A stretch of DNA of 64,000 nucleotides from Arthrobacter sp. (GTDB lineage Bacteria; Actinomycetota; Actinomycetes; Actinomycetales; Micrococcaceae). The stretch lies in the NCBI GenBank assembly GCA_046717065.1, contig JBKJVX010000255.1, forward strand, positions 9,833 through 73,832, read 5' to 3'. The notes beneath the pieces were generated by a model. The model did not search any database, was not told where the DNA came from, and saw only the letters and a program-made list of their open reading frames with translations. Shown here piece by piece: positions 19,520 to 27,883 of this stretch. The translations under genes were made by a program, and so were the position numbers. How positions within the stretch are numbered: the stretch's first letter is position 1; every line of letters starts with the position of its first letter.

Positions 19520-20318
19520 GGGAAGCCTCCTGGACGGGCGCAGCTGAAGCGGACGCAGCGCCGGCAGTGGACACCACGCTGCGGATGAAGTCCACGGATC
19601 CCCTAAAGATTTGGTCGGCGTCGTTGTCCATGGTGGCCACGTGGTAGCTGTTTTCCAGCCGGACCAGCTCAAAGGGCGCATGGGTGAGGCCGCGGCGCAG
19701 CGCCACGATGCTGGAGTCGGACACCACATGGTCAACCGTGGAGCGGTAGACCTGTACGGGAGCAGTGACCCTGGGCAGGATCCTGATGGTGTCCTTGAAC
19801 ATCTTGTTAAGTTCGTGGGCGGCAGCTACCGGGGTGCGGGGATAGGCGCCCTCGTCCATGCCTTCTTTAAGGATGTCGTTCGCGATGGCCGGTGTGCTTT
19901 TCATGACGAGCTTAAGGATTCCGGCCAGCGGAGCGCGCGGATCGTCGATCACCAGCCCCGGGTTCACCAGGACCACCCCTGCCACCGGGCGTGTGGCGGC
20001 GATGCGCAGCGCCAGCGTTCCTCCCATGCTTAGGCCGGCTGCAAAGACGTAATCGCAGTCGGCGTCCAGCTCCAGGTAAGCGTCATCAAGTGCGGCATGC
20101 CACTGCTGCCACGTAGTCCGGGCCAGCTCCTGCCATCTGGTGCCGTGGCCCGGCAGCAGGGGCATGCGGACAGCGAAACCCGCAGCAGCGAAGGCATGGG
20201 CCCAGGTACGCAGGCCATGGGGGCTGCCGGTGAACCCGTGCGAGAGGACCACGCCGATCCGGGACCCCTCGCCGTTGAACGGACTGCTGTAGGGGCTGTG
20301 GTCCGGGCTGGAGGTCAT
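19506..20318 (-). CDS. Alpha/beta hydrolase, carboxylesterase/monoacylglycerol-lipase family (copy 2)
   Basis: HGFTGSP oxyanion loop, GLSMGG nucleophile, DHVV, NSYHVA. Confidence 0.9.
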   Translation of the reverse strand: MTSSPDHSPYSSPFNGEGSRIGVVLSHGFTGSPHGLRTWAHAFAAAGFAVRMPLLPGHGTRWQELARTTWQQWHAALDDAYLELDADCDYVFAAGLSMGGTLALRIAATRPVAGVVLVNPGLVIDDPRAPLAGILKLVMKSTPAIANDILKEGMDEGAYPRTPVAAAHELNKMFKDTIRILPRVTAPVQVYRSTVDHVVSDSSIVALRRGLTHAPFELVRLENSYHVATMDNDADQIFRGSVDFIRSVVSTAGAASASAAPVQEASHEQA

Positions 20319-21103
20319 GGGGTCTCCACTGAAGTGTTCTGGCGGGCGTGGGCACGGAAAAAGGCGCTGGATTTCGAAAAGATCTCCGGCGCGTCCACGT
20401 CCAGCGTAGCCACATGGCCGCTGCTGGCAAGGCTGACTACCTCTTCGAGGTGCGTGCCCAGGCGGTTTTTCAGTACTGCCAGCGAGGTGGGCGGGACTAC
20501 TGCGTCCTTTTGCGACTTGAACACCTGCACGGGAGCTGTGACGCGGGGCAAGCCCCGGGATGCAGCCCCGAACAGTTTCTTCAGTTCGTGCACGGCGGAG
20601 AGCGGTGTGCGCGAATAGTCGCCGTCTTCGGTGACAACCGCCGTGGGCTGTTCCTCCTGGATGGGGAGTGTGGTCTTCTGGAAATACTTCAGCACGCCAA
20701 TGACGCGTACCCGGCGGTCGTAGAAGCTAAGGCCGGGGTTCACCACCGAGACTCCCGCAACAGGGTGCCTGGAAGCTGCCAGCAGCGCGATGGCTCCGCC
20801 CATGGACAACCCTGCGACAAAACATGTATCCGTCCGCTCCGAAAGCTCCAGGTAGGCGCCTTCGAAGCTGTTGTACCACTCGTTCCAGCGCGTCCGGGCA
20901 AGCTGGCGCCAGTCGGTCCCGTGCCCGGGCAGCAGGGGAACGGTGACCGCGTAGCCTTGCGAAGCGAGGTGTTCTGCCCATGGCAGCACACTCAGGGGGC
21001 TGCCAGTGAAACCGTGGCAGATCGCCACTCCAATGCGGGCGTTGGCTCCGTGGCCGGGATAGCTGAAAGCGGCAGGACGGGTCGGGGTGCTGCTTTCGCT
21101 CAT
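20315..21103 (-). CDS. Alpha/beta hydrolase, carboxylesterase/monoacylglycerol-lipase family (copy 1)
   Basis: HGFTGSP, GLSMGG, KDAVV, SSGHVA. Confidence 0.9.
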   Translation of the reverse strand: MSESSTPTRPAAFSYPGHGANARIGVAICHGFTGSPLSVLPWAEHLASQGYAVTVPLLPGHGTDWRQLARTRWNEWYNSFEGAYLELSERTDTCFVAGLSMGGAIALLAASRHPVAGVSVVNPGLSFYDRRVRVIGVLKYFQKTTLPIQEEQPTAVVTEDGDYSRTPLSAVHELKKLFGAASRGLPRVTAPVQVFKSQKDAVVPPTSLAVLKNRLGTHLEEVVSLASSGHVATLDVDAPEIFSKSSAFFRAHARQNTSVETP

Positions 21104-21214
21104 GACTCCATCGTGTCACTGTTCCCGGCAAATCTCACTAGAGTAGGGTTGCATTGAACTGCTGGCCAGGCCCGACGCGGGGCCTGAGGGCTGCTTTCCG
21201 GAGGGGTTTCGCAC

Positions 21215-22057
21215 GTGTTCTATTGGGTGATGAAAAGGATCTTCCTGGGTCCGGTGCTGAAGCTGCTTTTCCGCCCGTGGGTGAAGGGCCTGGATAATAT
21301 TCCGGCCGAAGGTGCGGCGATTATCGCCTCCAACCACCTCTCGTTTTCCGACTCGATTTTTATGCCGTTGATGGTCCGCCGTCCGGTGGTGTTCCTGGCC
21401 AAGTCCGAGTACTTCACGGGCACGGGAATCAAGGGCAGGCTGACGGCCCTGTTCTTCAGGCTCACCAACCAGTTGCCCATGGACCGGTCCGGCGGTGCCG
21501 CGTCGGAGGCATCGCTGAGTGCCGGAATGGACGTCCTCACGCATGGCGGGCTGCTGGGCATCTACCCGGAGGGGACGCGCAGCCCCGATTCGCGCCTCTA
21601 CCGGGGAAAGGTGGGCGTTGCCAGGCTCGCGCTCAAGGCCGGAGTCCCGGTGGTTCCTGTGGCAATGATTGGCACGGACAAAGTACAGCCCATCGGCAAG
21701 CGTCTGCCGAACATCCGCAGGATCGGCATGATTTTCGGTGAACCGCTGGACTTCAGCAGGTACCACGACCAGGCCGAGGACCGCCTGGTCCAGAGGCAGG
21801 TCACGGACGAAATCATGTTCGAGCTGATGCGGCTCTCCGGGCAGGAATACGTGGATGAATACGCGGCCGTGGTGAAGCTCCGGCTCGCGGGGAAGCCCTT
21901 TGACCCTGCTGCTGCCGCGGAACCCCTTGCCACCGCCGTGCCTCTTGAGGGCACCCATGCCGGCCCGGATGCAGATCCCCCACATGCCGCTGCCGGCCAC
22001 CCTGCCTCTGACCCCGGGAAGCAACAGGACGACGGCGGGGCTGCCGCCACCGCCTAA
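21215..22057 (+). CDS. plsC: 1-acyl-sn-glycerol-3-phosphate acyltransferase (PlsC family)
   Basis: NHLSFSDS, FLAKSEYF, YPEGTRSPD motifs. Confidence 0.85.
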   Translation: MFYWVMKRIFLGPVLKLLFRPWVKGLDNIPAEGAAIIASNHLSFSDSIFMPLMVRRPVVFLAKSEYFTGTGIKGRLTALFFRLTNQLPMDRSGGAASEASLSAGMDVLTHGGLLGIYPEGTRSPDSRLYRGKVGVARLALKAGVPVVPVAMIGTDKVQPIGKRLPNIRRIGMIFGEPLDFSRYHDQAEDRLVQRQVTDEIMFELMRLSGQEYVDEYAAVVKLRLAGKPFDPAAAAEPLATAVPLEGTHAGPDADPPHAAAGHPASDPGKQQDDGGAAATA

Positions 22058-22172
22058 CCCACGCCCCCTCCCCGCTGCCAGCCTTCCGGGCCCGCGGATG
22101 TCTGTGACGCCAAGGCCTGGATGCGTGACGCCGTGGTGTTCCCCGTGCCTGCGCGACCGTTAGTCTTAGAGA

Positions 22173-23564
22173 GTGACTGAGCTATCTGCAAAACCTGCCT
22201 TTTCGCTGTCCAGCACCGCCCAGAGCGGAGCGGCCAACTATCCCGGACTCGATGACTGGCGGGACCTGCCCATTTCCCAGCAGCCCAGCTGGCAGGACAG
22301 GGACGTATTCGATGCCTCGGTAAAGGAACTCTCCGTCCTTCCTCCGTTGGTCTTCGCCGGCGAGGTGGATGTCCTCCGCGAGCGGCTGGCTGCTGCTGCC
22401 CAGGGCAAGGCGTTCCTGCTGCAGGGCGGCGACTGTGCCGAAACCTTTGAAGCAGCCACGGCGGACAAGATCAGCGCCCGCGTCAAGACAATCCTCCAGA
22501 TGGCAGTGGTCCTGACCTACGGCGCCGCGATGCCCGTCATCAAGATGGGCAGGATGGCAGGCCAGTTCGCCAAGCCCCGCTCATCCAACGATGAAACCCG
22601 CGACGGCGTGACACTGCCCGCCTACCGCGGCGACATCGTGAATGGCTACGAGTTCACGCCCGAATCCCGCGGCCACGACGCCGCACGCATGCTCCGCGCC
22701 TACCACACGTCCGCCTCCACGCTGAACCTCATCCGCGCCTTCACCCAGGGCGGATTCGCTGACCTGCGCTCGGTACACCAGTGGAACAAGGGCTTCACCG
22801 AGAACCCGGCCCACGCCCGCTACGAATCGCTGGCGCGGGACATCGACCGGGCCATTATGTTCATGGAGTCCTGCGGTGCGGATTTCGAGGCGCTTAAGCG
22901 CGTTGAGTTCTTCGCCAGCCACGAGGCGCTCCTCCTGGACTACGAGCGCGCCCTCACCCGGATCGACTCCCGCACAGGCTTCCCGTACGACACCTCAGCG
23001 CACTTCCTCTGGATCGGGGAGCGGACCCGCGAACTGGACCACGCGCACGTCGATTTCCTGTCCCGCGTACGAAACCCCATCGGCGTCAAGCTGGGCCCCT
23101 CCACCACCGGTGACGATGCCCTCCGCCTGATCGACAGGCTGGACCCGGAGCGCGAGCCCGGCAGGCTGACCTTCATCACCCGCATGGGTGCCGGCAACAT
23201 CCGCGAGAAGCTGCCCGCCGTCGTCGAAAAGGTCACCGCCTCAGGCGCGCAGGTCCTCTGGGTCACCGACCCCATGCATGGCAACACCGTGACGTCTCCG
23301 AACGGGTACAAGACACGCAACTTCGACGACGTCATCGACGAAGTTCGCGGCTTCTTCGAGGTGCACCATGCCCTGGGCACTGTTCCCGGCGGATTGCACG
23401 TGGAAATGACGGGCGACGACGTCGCCGAGTGCCTTGGGGGAGCTGATCCGATCGACCAGGAAGCCTTCCTGGACCGGTACGAGTCAGTCTGCGACCCCCG
23501 GCTGAACCACATGCAGTCGCTGGAAATGGCGTTCCTGGTGGCCGGGGCACTCGCCAAGCACTGA
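22173..23564 (+). CDS. aroG: Class II DAHP synthase
   Basis: LQGGDCAE, GRMAGQFAKPRS, WIGERTR, DPMHGNT, CDPRLN; likely leaderless (TAGTCT-6 nt-GTG). Confidence 0.95.
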   Translation: MTELSAKPAFSLSSTAQSGAANYPGLDDWRDLPISQQPSWQDRDVFDASVKELSVLPPLVFAGEVDVLRERLAAAAQGKAFLLQGGDCAETFEAATADKISARVKTILQMAVVLTYGAAMPVIKMGRMAGQFAKPRSSNDETRDGVTLPAYRGDIVNGYEFTPESRGHDAARMLRAYHTSASTLNLIRAFTQGGFADLRSVHQWNKGFTENPAHARYESLARDIDRAIMFMESCGADFEALKRVEFFASHEALLLDYERALTRIDSRTGFPYDTSAHFLWIGERTRELDHAHVDFLSRVRNPIGVKLGPSTTGDDALRLIDRLDPEREPGRLTFITRMGAGNIREKLPAVVEKVTASGAQVLWVTDPMHGNTVTSPNGYKTRNFDDVIDEVRGFFEVHHALGTVPGGLHVEMTGDDVAECLGGADPIDQEAFLDRYESVCDPRLNHMQSLEMAFLVAGALAKH

Positions 23565-23600
23565 CCTGTTCCAAGCACTGAGCTGTTCCAATCACTGATG
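23554..23600 (+). repeat. 17-bp tandem repeat, about 2.7 copies, starting in the DAHP synthase 3' end
   Basis: CCAAGCACTGACCTGTT / CCAAGCACTGAGCTGTT / CCAATCACTGATG. Confidence 0.85.
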
Positions 23601-23646
23601 TCCGGCAGGCACCTGCGGGTGCCTGGTGTGGGCGGGCCGGTCCCGC

Positions 23647-25743
23647 CTACACCACGGTCAGTGTGATGACTGATCCTTCAGGTACTTCTGTATCCACAGG
23701 GTCCTGGTCGCGGACTGTGCCGAAGAAGCCGCCCAGGATGTTGTTCACCTGCACCCGGAAGCCCAGGGCCTCAAGGGCCCGCTTGGCCTCCGTTGCCTGC
23801 TTGCCGATGTAGCTGGGTACCTCCACCATCCTGGGCCCCTTCGAGATGGTCAGGGTCACCGTTGCGCCGCGGGTGAGGGTCCCGTTGGCCGGGGACTGGC
23901 TGACCACGGCGCCCTCGGGGATGTTGCGGTCGAACACTTCTTCGCGCGCAACGTCAGCCTTCAGCCCGGCCGCTTCGATGGCGTCCTTTGCGTCGGCCTC
24001 ATCCTGGCCCACTACATTGGGCACCGGGATCGGCTCGGGGCCCTTCGAGACCACAAGGTTGACGGGCGTTCCTCGCCGGGCAGGGGTATCGGCTGCCGGA
24101 TCCTGCGACAGGACAAGGCCCGCGGCTGCAGCTTCATCAAACTGCTCGGTGACAGTCCCAAGAGCCATCCCGGCGGCGTTGAGGCCGATCTTGGCTTCCT
24201 CCAGCGTGCCACCCGTCAGCCCGGGCAGCGGGAAAAGTTGCGGACCCTTTGAGACAAACACCGAGACCGGCTGGAACTTCCGGATCTCCGAGCCGGCCGG
24301 CGGTTCAGTGCCCACCACCAGCCCGTTGGGAACGTCGTCGTCGAAGACATCCCTGGGGGTGGACCGGAATCCTGCCTGGCTGAGGAGTTCCTGGGCCTGT
24401 GCCACCGTCTTGTTTGCCACGGTAGGAATGGCCGCGGCCGAGCCGGGACCCATGCCGAAGAACCAGCCGGCACCTGTGGCCAGCAGCGCGGCGATGACCA
24501 GGACCACCACCCACAGGACGCCGCGGCGGCGCGGGCTGCCTTCGCGGAGAGTCCGTGCCGGAGTGGCTGCAGCGCGCGCCCGGGCTTTCTCCTCCTCCTT
24601 GTCGGCTTTGCGCTGCGCCCGCTTGCTCATAGGCGCCGGCGCCGCGGCGGCCCACGGGGCGTCGTCGTCCTTGTCTGGCGGAGTGAGAACGTGCCGATGA
24701 GCGGACTCCGCGTGCGGCGCCTCCCGGCCGGGAGCCTGACCTGCCTGCGGCTGCCGGGGCTGGTACGGAGGCGCCGCGGGCCGGCCAAACGGCATAACGC
24801 TTGTTGGATTATTTGTGCGGGATATGACTTCGGTCCCGTTCTGGTTCCCGGCGGGCCCGCTGGCGTCCAGGGCCGCGGGAGGCTGCAGGTCCAGTTCCCG
24901 ATCGCTGAGGTTGGTTCTGATGTGGCGCAGTTCCTGGAGCAGCGCATTCCCGTCGATGGGTCGGTTCTCCGGATCGTTTGCCGTACACCACTGCACCAGT
25001 TCGTCCACCTCCGCCGCCAGGCCCGGCACCAGGGCCGAAGCTGGCCCGACTACTCCATTGACGTGCTGGTAGGCCACCTGGATGGGGACCTCACCGGTGA
25101 ACGGCTGTTGGCCGGTCAGCATCTCGTAAAGCATGATGCCCACGGAGTACACGTCGCTCCGCGCGTCCGCGGATTTACCGAGGACGAGTTCGGGGGAGAG
25201 GTAGGCAACGGTTCCCAGCAGCGCGCCCGTACTGGTGGAGGTGGTGACTGCCCGGGCCAGCCCGAAGTCGCCGATCTTGATTCTGCCGTCATCGGCTATC
25301 AGGACGTTCTCGGGTTTCACGTCCCGGTGGATGAACCCGGCCGCGTGGGCGGCGCCGAGGCCTTCCACCACGGGATCGATCAGCGCCAAAGCAAGCCGGG
25401 GCGAAAGCGCACCCTTGTCCCTGATAACGTCCCGCAGCGTATGGCCTTTGATGTACTCCATGACCAGGTACGCGGTATGGGCGTCAGTGCCCTGGTCCAG
25501 CACTCCCACTACGTGGGGGTGGGAGAGCCGGGCGGCAGCCTTGGCCTCGCGGCCCAGCCTGTCCAGGAAACTGTCATCAGCGGAGAGATGGGGGTGCAGC
25601 ACCTTCAGGGCCACGTCCCGCTCCAACCTCTGGTCCGTCGCCACGTAGACAGTTGACATGCCGCCGCGCGCCAGCCTGGACCTGACGGCGTACCGGTTGT
25701 CCACCAGGGTTCCTACCAGGGGGTCTGACACGTGTTCCTGCAC
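23647..25743 (-). CDS. pknL: Ser/Thr protein kinase with TM helix and four PASTA domains (PknL-like)
   Basis: VALKVL, HRDVKPEN, DFG, single TM, four PASTA repeats; synteny with DAHP synthase and Rv2175c-like gene; TACGAT-6 nt-GTG leaderless start. Confidence 0.88.
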   Translation of the reverse strand: MQEHVSDPLVGTLVDNRYAVRSRLARGGMSTVYVATDQRLERDVALKVLHPHLSADDSFLDRLGREAKAAARLSHPHVVGVLDQGTDAHTAYLVMEYIKGHTLRDVIRDKGALSPRLALALIDPVVEGLGAAHAAGFIHRDVKPENVLIADDGRIKIGDFGLARAVTTSTSTGALLGTVAYLSPELVLGKSADARSDVYSVGIMLYEMLTGQQPFTGEVPIQVAYQHVNGVVGPASALVPGLAAEVDELVQWCTANDPENRPIDGNALLQELRHIRTNLSDRELDLQPPAALDASGPAGNQNGTEVISRTNNPTSVMPFGRPAAPPYQPRQPQAGQAPGREAPHAESAHRHVLTPPDKDDDAPWAAAAPAPMSKRAQRKADKEEEKARARAAATPARTLREGSPRRRGVLWVVVLVIAALLATGAGWFFGMGPGSAAAIPTVANKTVAQAQELLSQAGFRSTPRDVFDDDVPNGLVVGTEPPAGSEIRKFQPVSVFVSKGPQLFPLPGLTGGTLEEAKIGLNAAGMALGTVTEQFDEAAAAGLVLSQDPAADTPARRGTPVNLVVSKGPEPIPVPNVVGQDEADAKDAIEAAGLKADVAREEVFDRNIPEGAVVSQSPANGTLTRGATVTLTISKGPRMVEVPSYIGKQATEAKRALEALGFRVQVNNILGGFFGTVRDQDPVDTEVPEGSVITLTVV

Positions 25744-25768
25744 CCTACGATCGTAATCCAGCAATGAA

Positions 25769-25800
25769 ACGGGTCCGAACCGATACCGGTCCGGACCCGT
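25769..25800 (-). terminator. Hairpin downstream of LysM-SLT gene
   Basis: ACGGGTCCG...CGGACCCGT stem extended by ACCG/CGGT; TTTCATT follows on the minus strand. Confidence 0.6.
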
Positions 25801-25847
25801 GGCGACTTCTCCTTGCCCCTCCCGATGCCGGGAAGCGGACCGCGGTG

Positions 25848-27251
25848 CTAGCCGAAGTTCTTCTGGTGTGCCTTGATGGCCGCGACGTACGCCTTGGTGT
25901 CGTCGTACATGCCGTACTTGCTCACAGAATACTGGCCCTGGTAGTAGCCGGCGATGGCTGTGTCCCGGTCCTTGCTGGTGGCGAGGAGCTGGCGGATGAT
26001 CGCCACCCCGGCCGTTGCATTGTCATAGGGATCAAGGAGGTTCAGCTTCCGTCCCACCAGGTCCGATGCCCACTGGCCCGAGCTGGGGATGACCTGCATG
26101 GTCCCGATGGCGTTGGCGGGGGATACCGCGCGCTGGTCGAAGCCGGACTCCTGGTGGGCGAAGGCGAGGGCGAGTGAAGGTTCCACACCCATGGCGCGCG
26201 CGGTGTCCGCAACGATGCCGCGCATCTGCTCCCGGGAGGGGACGGGCGAAGCGTTAAGGAGCGCCTTGTTTTCGTTTGCCGAACTCACCACGGCTGCCGG
26301 GTAGCTGAAGCCAAGGAAGGAACTGGGCACCAGCGGTGTGACGGAGGCAGCTGGCTGCGGGGCCTGCTGGCCGGCACCGGGGATGGCCAGCTTGTTGCCC
26401 GGGTAGATTACGGTGCCCATGTTCATGTGGTTGGCGGAGAGGAGCTCCGAAAGCTTGACACCGTGGCGCGAAGCGATGCCGGAAAGCGTGTCGCCTGCTT
26501 TGACCGTGTACGAGCCGGATGCCGGGGCAGTGGCGGAGGAGTTTGCCAGGGCCGGAGCGGGTGCTGCCGGGGCTGGAGCCGGGGCGGCCGGGGCTGGAGC
26601 CGGGGCGGCCGGGGCTGGAGCGGCATCACCACCGCCCACTTTGACTTTCTGCCCGGGGTAGATGATGGAACGCATGTTGAGGTTGTTCCAGGCGAAAACG
26701 TTGGCCAGGCTCACCTTGTGCTTTGCAGCAATGGCACCCAGCGTGTCGCCAGGCTTCACGGTGTAGGTGGCACCGCCACCAGCAGTGGAGGGGGCGGCGG
26801 GAGCAGATGCCGGCGCGGGGGCTGCCTGCGCGGCGGCCGAACCTGACAGCTTGATCTTCTGTCCCGGGTAAATGATGGTGTTCGCCTGCAGGTTGTTAAG
26901 CTTCAGGATTTCGCCCGTGTTCAACCCGAACCTGCCCGCAATGGCACTGATGGTGTCGCCCCGGGCGATCGTGTACTCAGCCGGCGCGGCCGGCTGCGCC
27001 GGCTTGAAGGCCGTGGGAATGGTAGTGGAGACGGACGAGGCCGGGATGACAGCCGCCGTCGCCTGTGCTGCCGCCTGTGCTTTCATCGCTGCGGCCAGCG
27101 TGGCAGGCACGGCGCGGACAGGCTGCTCCGCGGCGGCGGGCTGGGCGAGGGCCAAGGATGACAATACGACCGCTGGCAGCGCTGCCGTGGTGGCAGCGAT
27201 CATAGGCAGACTCGGCTTGGGGGGCTGCTTGGGCGAGCGGGACATCGTCAT
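25848..27251 (-). CDS. Secreted peptidoglycan hydrolase: signal peptide, three LysM domains, C-terminal lytic transglycosylase (SLT)
   Basis: LysM YTIARGDT, YTVKPGDT, YTVKAGDT; SLT ESGFDQRAVSPANAIGTMQV, AGYYQG; ATG 27251 after GAGAAGAGGA. Confidence 0.92.
   Translation of the reverse strand: MTMSRSPKQPPKPSLPMIAATTAALPAVVLSSLALAQPAAAEQPVRAVPATLAAAMKAQAAAQATAAVIPASSVSTTIPTAFKPAQPAAPAEYTIARGDTISAIAGRFGLNTGEILKLNNLQANTIIYPGQKIKLSGSAAAQAAPAPASAPAAPSTAGGGATYTVKPGDTLGAIAAKHKVSLANVFAWNNLNMRSIIYPGQKVKVGGGDAAPAPAAPAPAPAAPAPAPAAPAPALANSSATAPASGSYTVKAGDTLSGIASRHGVKLSELLSANHMNMGTVIYPGNKLAIPGAGQQAPQPAASVTPLVPSSFLGFSYPAAVVSSANENKALLNASPVPSREQMRGIVADTARAMGVEPSLALAFAHQESGFDQRAVSPANAIGTMQVIPSSGQWASDLVGRKLNLLDPYDNATAGVAIIRQLLATSKDRDTAIAGYYQGQYSVSKYGMYDDTKAYVAAIKAHQKNFG
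26566..26621 (-). repeat. 21-bp coding tandem repeat (APAAPAP linker)
   Basis: GCCGGGGCTGGAGCCGGGGCG twice perfect plus a partial third copy. Confidence 0.85.
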
Positions 27252-27313
27252 GGAAAGAATCCTCTTCTCAACTGCGGGTGCGGGCGGGGATGCCGCTGTC
27301 ATTCTGATACTAC

Positions 27314-27355
27314 TGTTACTCGTGTTATTGCTGTTACGAATGTGATCTATGTGAA
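27314..27355. promoter_or_regulatory. Five direct hexamer repeats at 9-bp period upstream of LysM-SLT gene
   Basis: TGTTAC 27314, TGTTAT 27323, TGTTAC 27332, TGTGAT 27341, TGTGAA 27350. Confidence 0.6.
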
Positions 27356-27493
27356 TCTCTCACGAATTTGCAGTTAGCACAAGAAATCACGCATTACCTG
27401 CAAGAAGTAATTCGTGGAGTGTCCGCAGGTCAGGGACGCTCCGGGAAATTCCCCGACTAGGCGCGGCGGTACGCCCCATGGCAACCTTGATCC

Positions 27494-27847
27494 GTGAGTA
27501 ATGTAGAAAACCTCGTGGGCGAATGGTTGCCCTTGCCCGACGTCGCCCGTTTATTGGATGTTTCCATCACCAGAGTCCACAGTTTGCTTGACGAACATGC
27601 TTTGGCCGCTTTGCGGGTGGGAGAGCGGAATATCCGGTGTGTTCCGGCTGAATTCATTCAGGACGGCCAGGTAGTGGACAGCCTCAAAGGCACCATTGTT
27701 GTGCTAGCAGATGCCGGCTATTCGGACGAGGACCTCATTGTGTGGCTTTTCACGCCTGACGAGTCACTGCGCGGACGTCCCATTGACGCCCTGCGGGAGG
27801 GCCGCAAAACAGAGATCAGGCGCAGGGCGCAGACCCTGGCCTGGTAG
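27494..27847 (+). CDS. Rv2175c-family DNA-binding protein
   Basis: WLPLPDVARLL HTH, LKGTIVVLADAGYSDE..IVWLF, PIDALREGRK; synteny with pknL and idsA. Confidence 0.88.
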   Translation: MSNVENLVGEWLPLPDVARLLDVSITRVHSLLDEHALAALRVGERNIRCVPAEFIQDGQVVDSLKGTIVVLADAGYSDEDLIVWLFTPDESLRGRPIDALREGRKTEIRRRAQTLAW

Positions 27848-27883
27848 CTGTCCGGCTTTTGCCTCCTGGGTTGTCCACCTTAA

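Noticed and set aside
22104-22132. GTGACGCC repeated at 21-bp spacing upstream of aroG
   Set aside because: Only two GC-rich copies; compatible with chance.
27350-27364. CRP-like TGTGA-ATCTC-TCACG
   Set aside because: Spacer is 5 bp rather than 6; better explained as part of the 9-bp repeat array.
27252-27493. c-di-AMP (ydaO) riboswitch upstream of the cell-wall hydrolase
   Set aside because: Spacer is short and lacks the characteristic conserved segments of that riboswitch.
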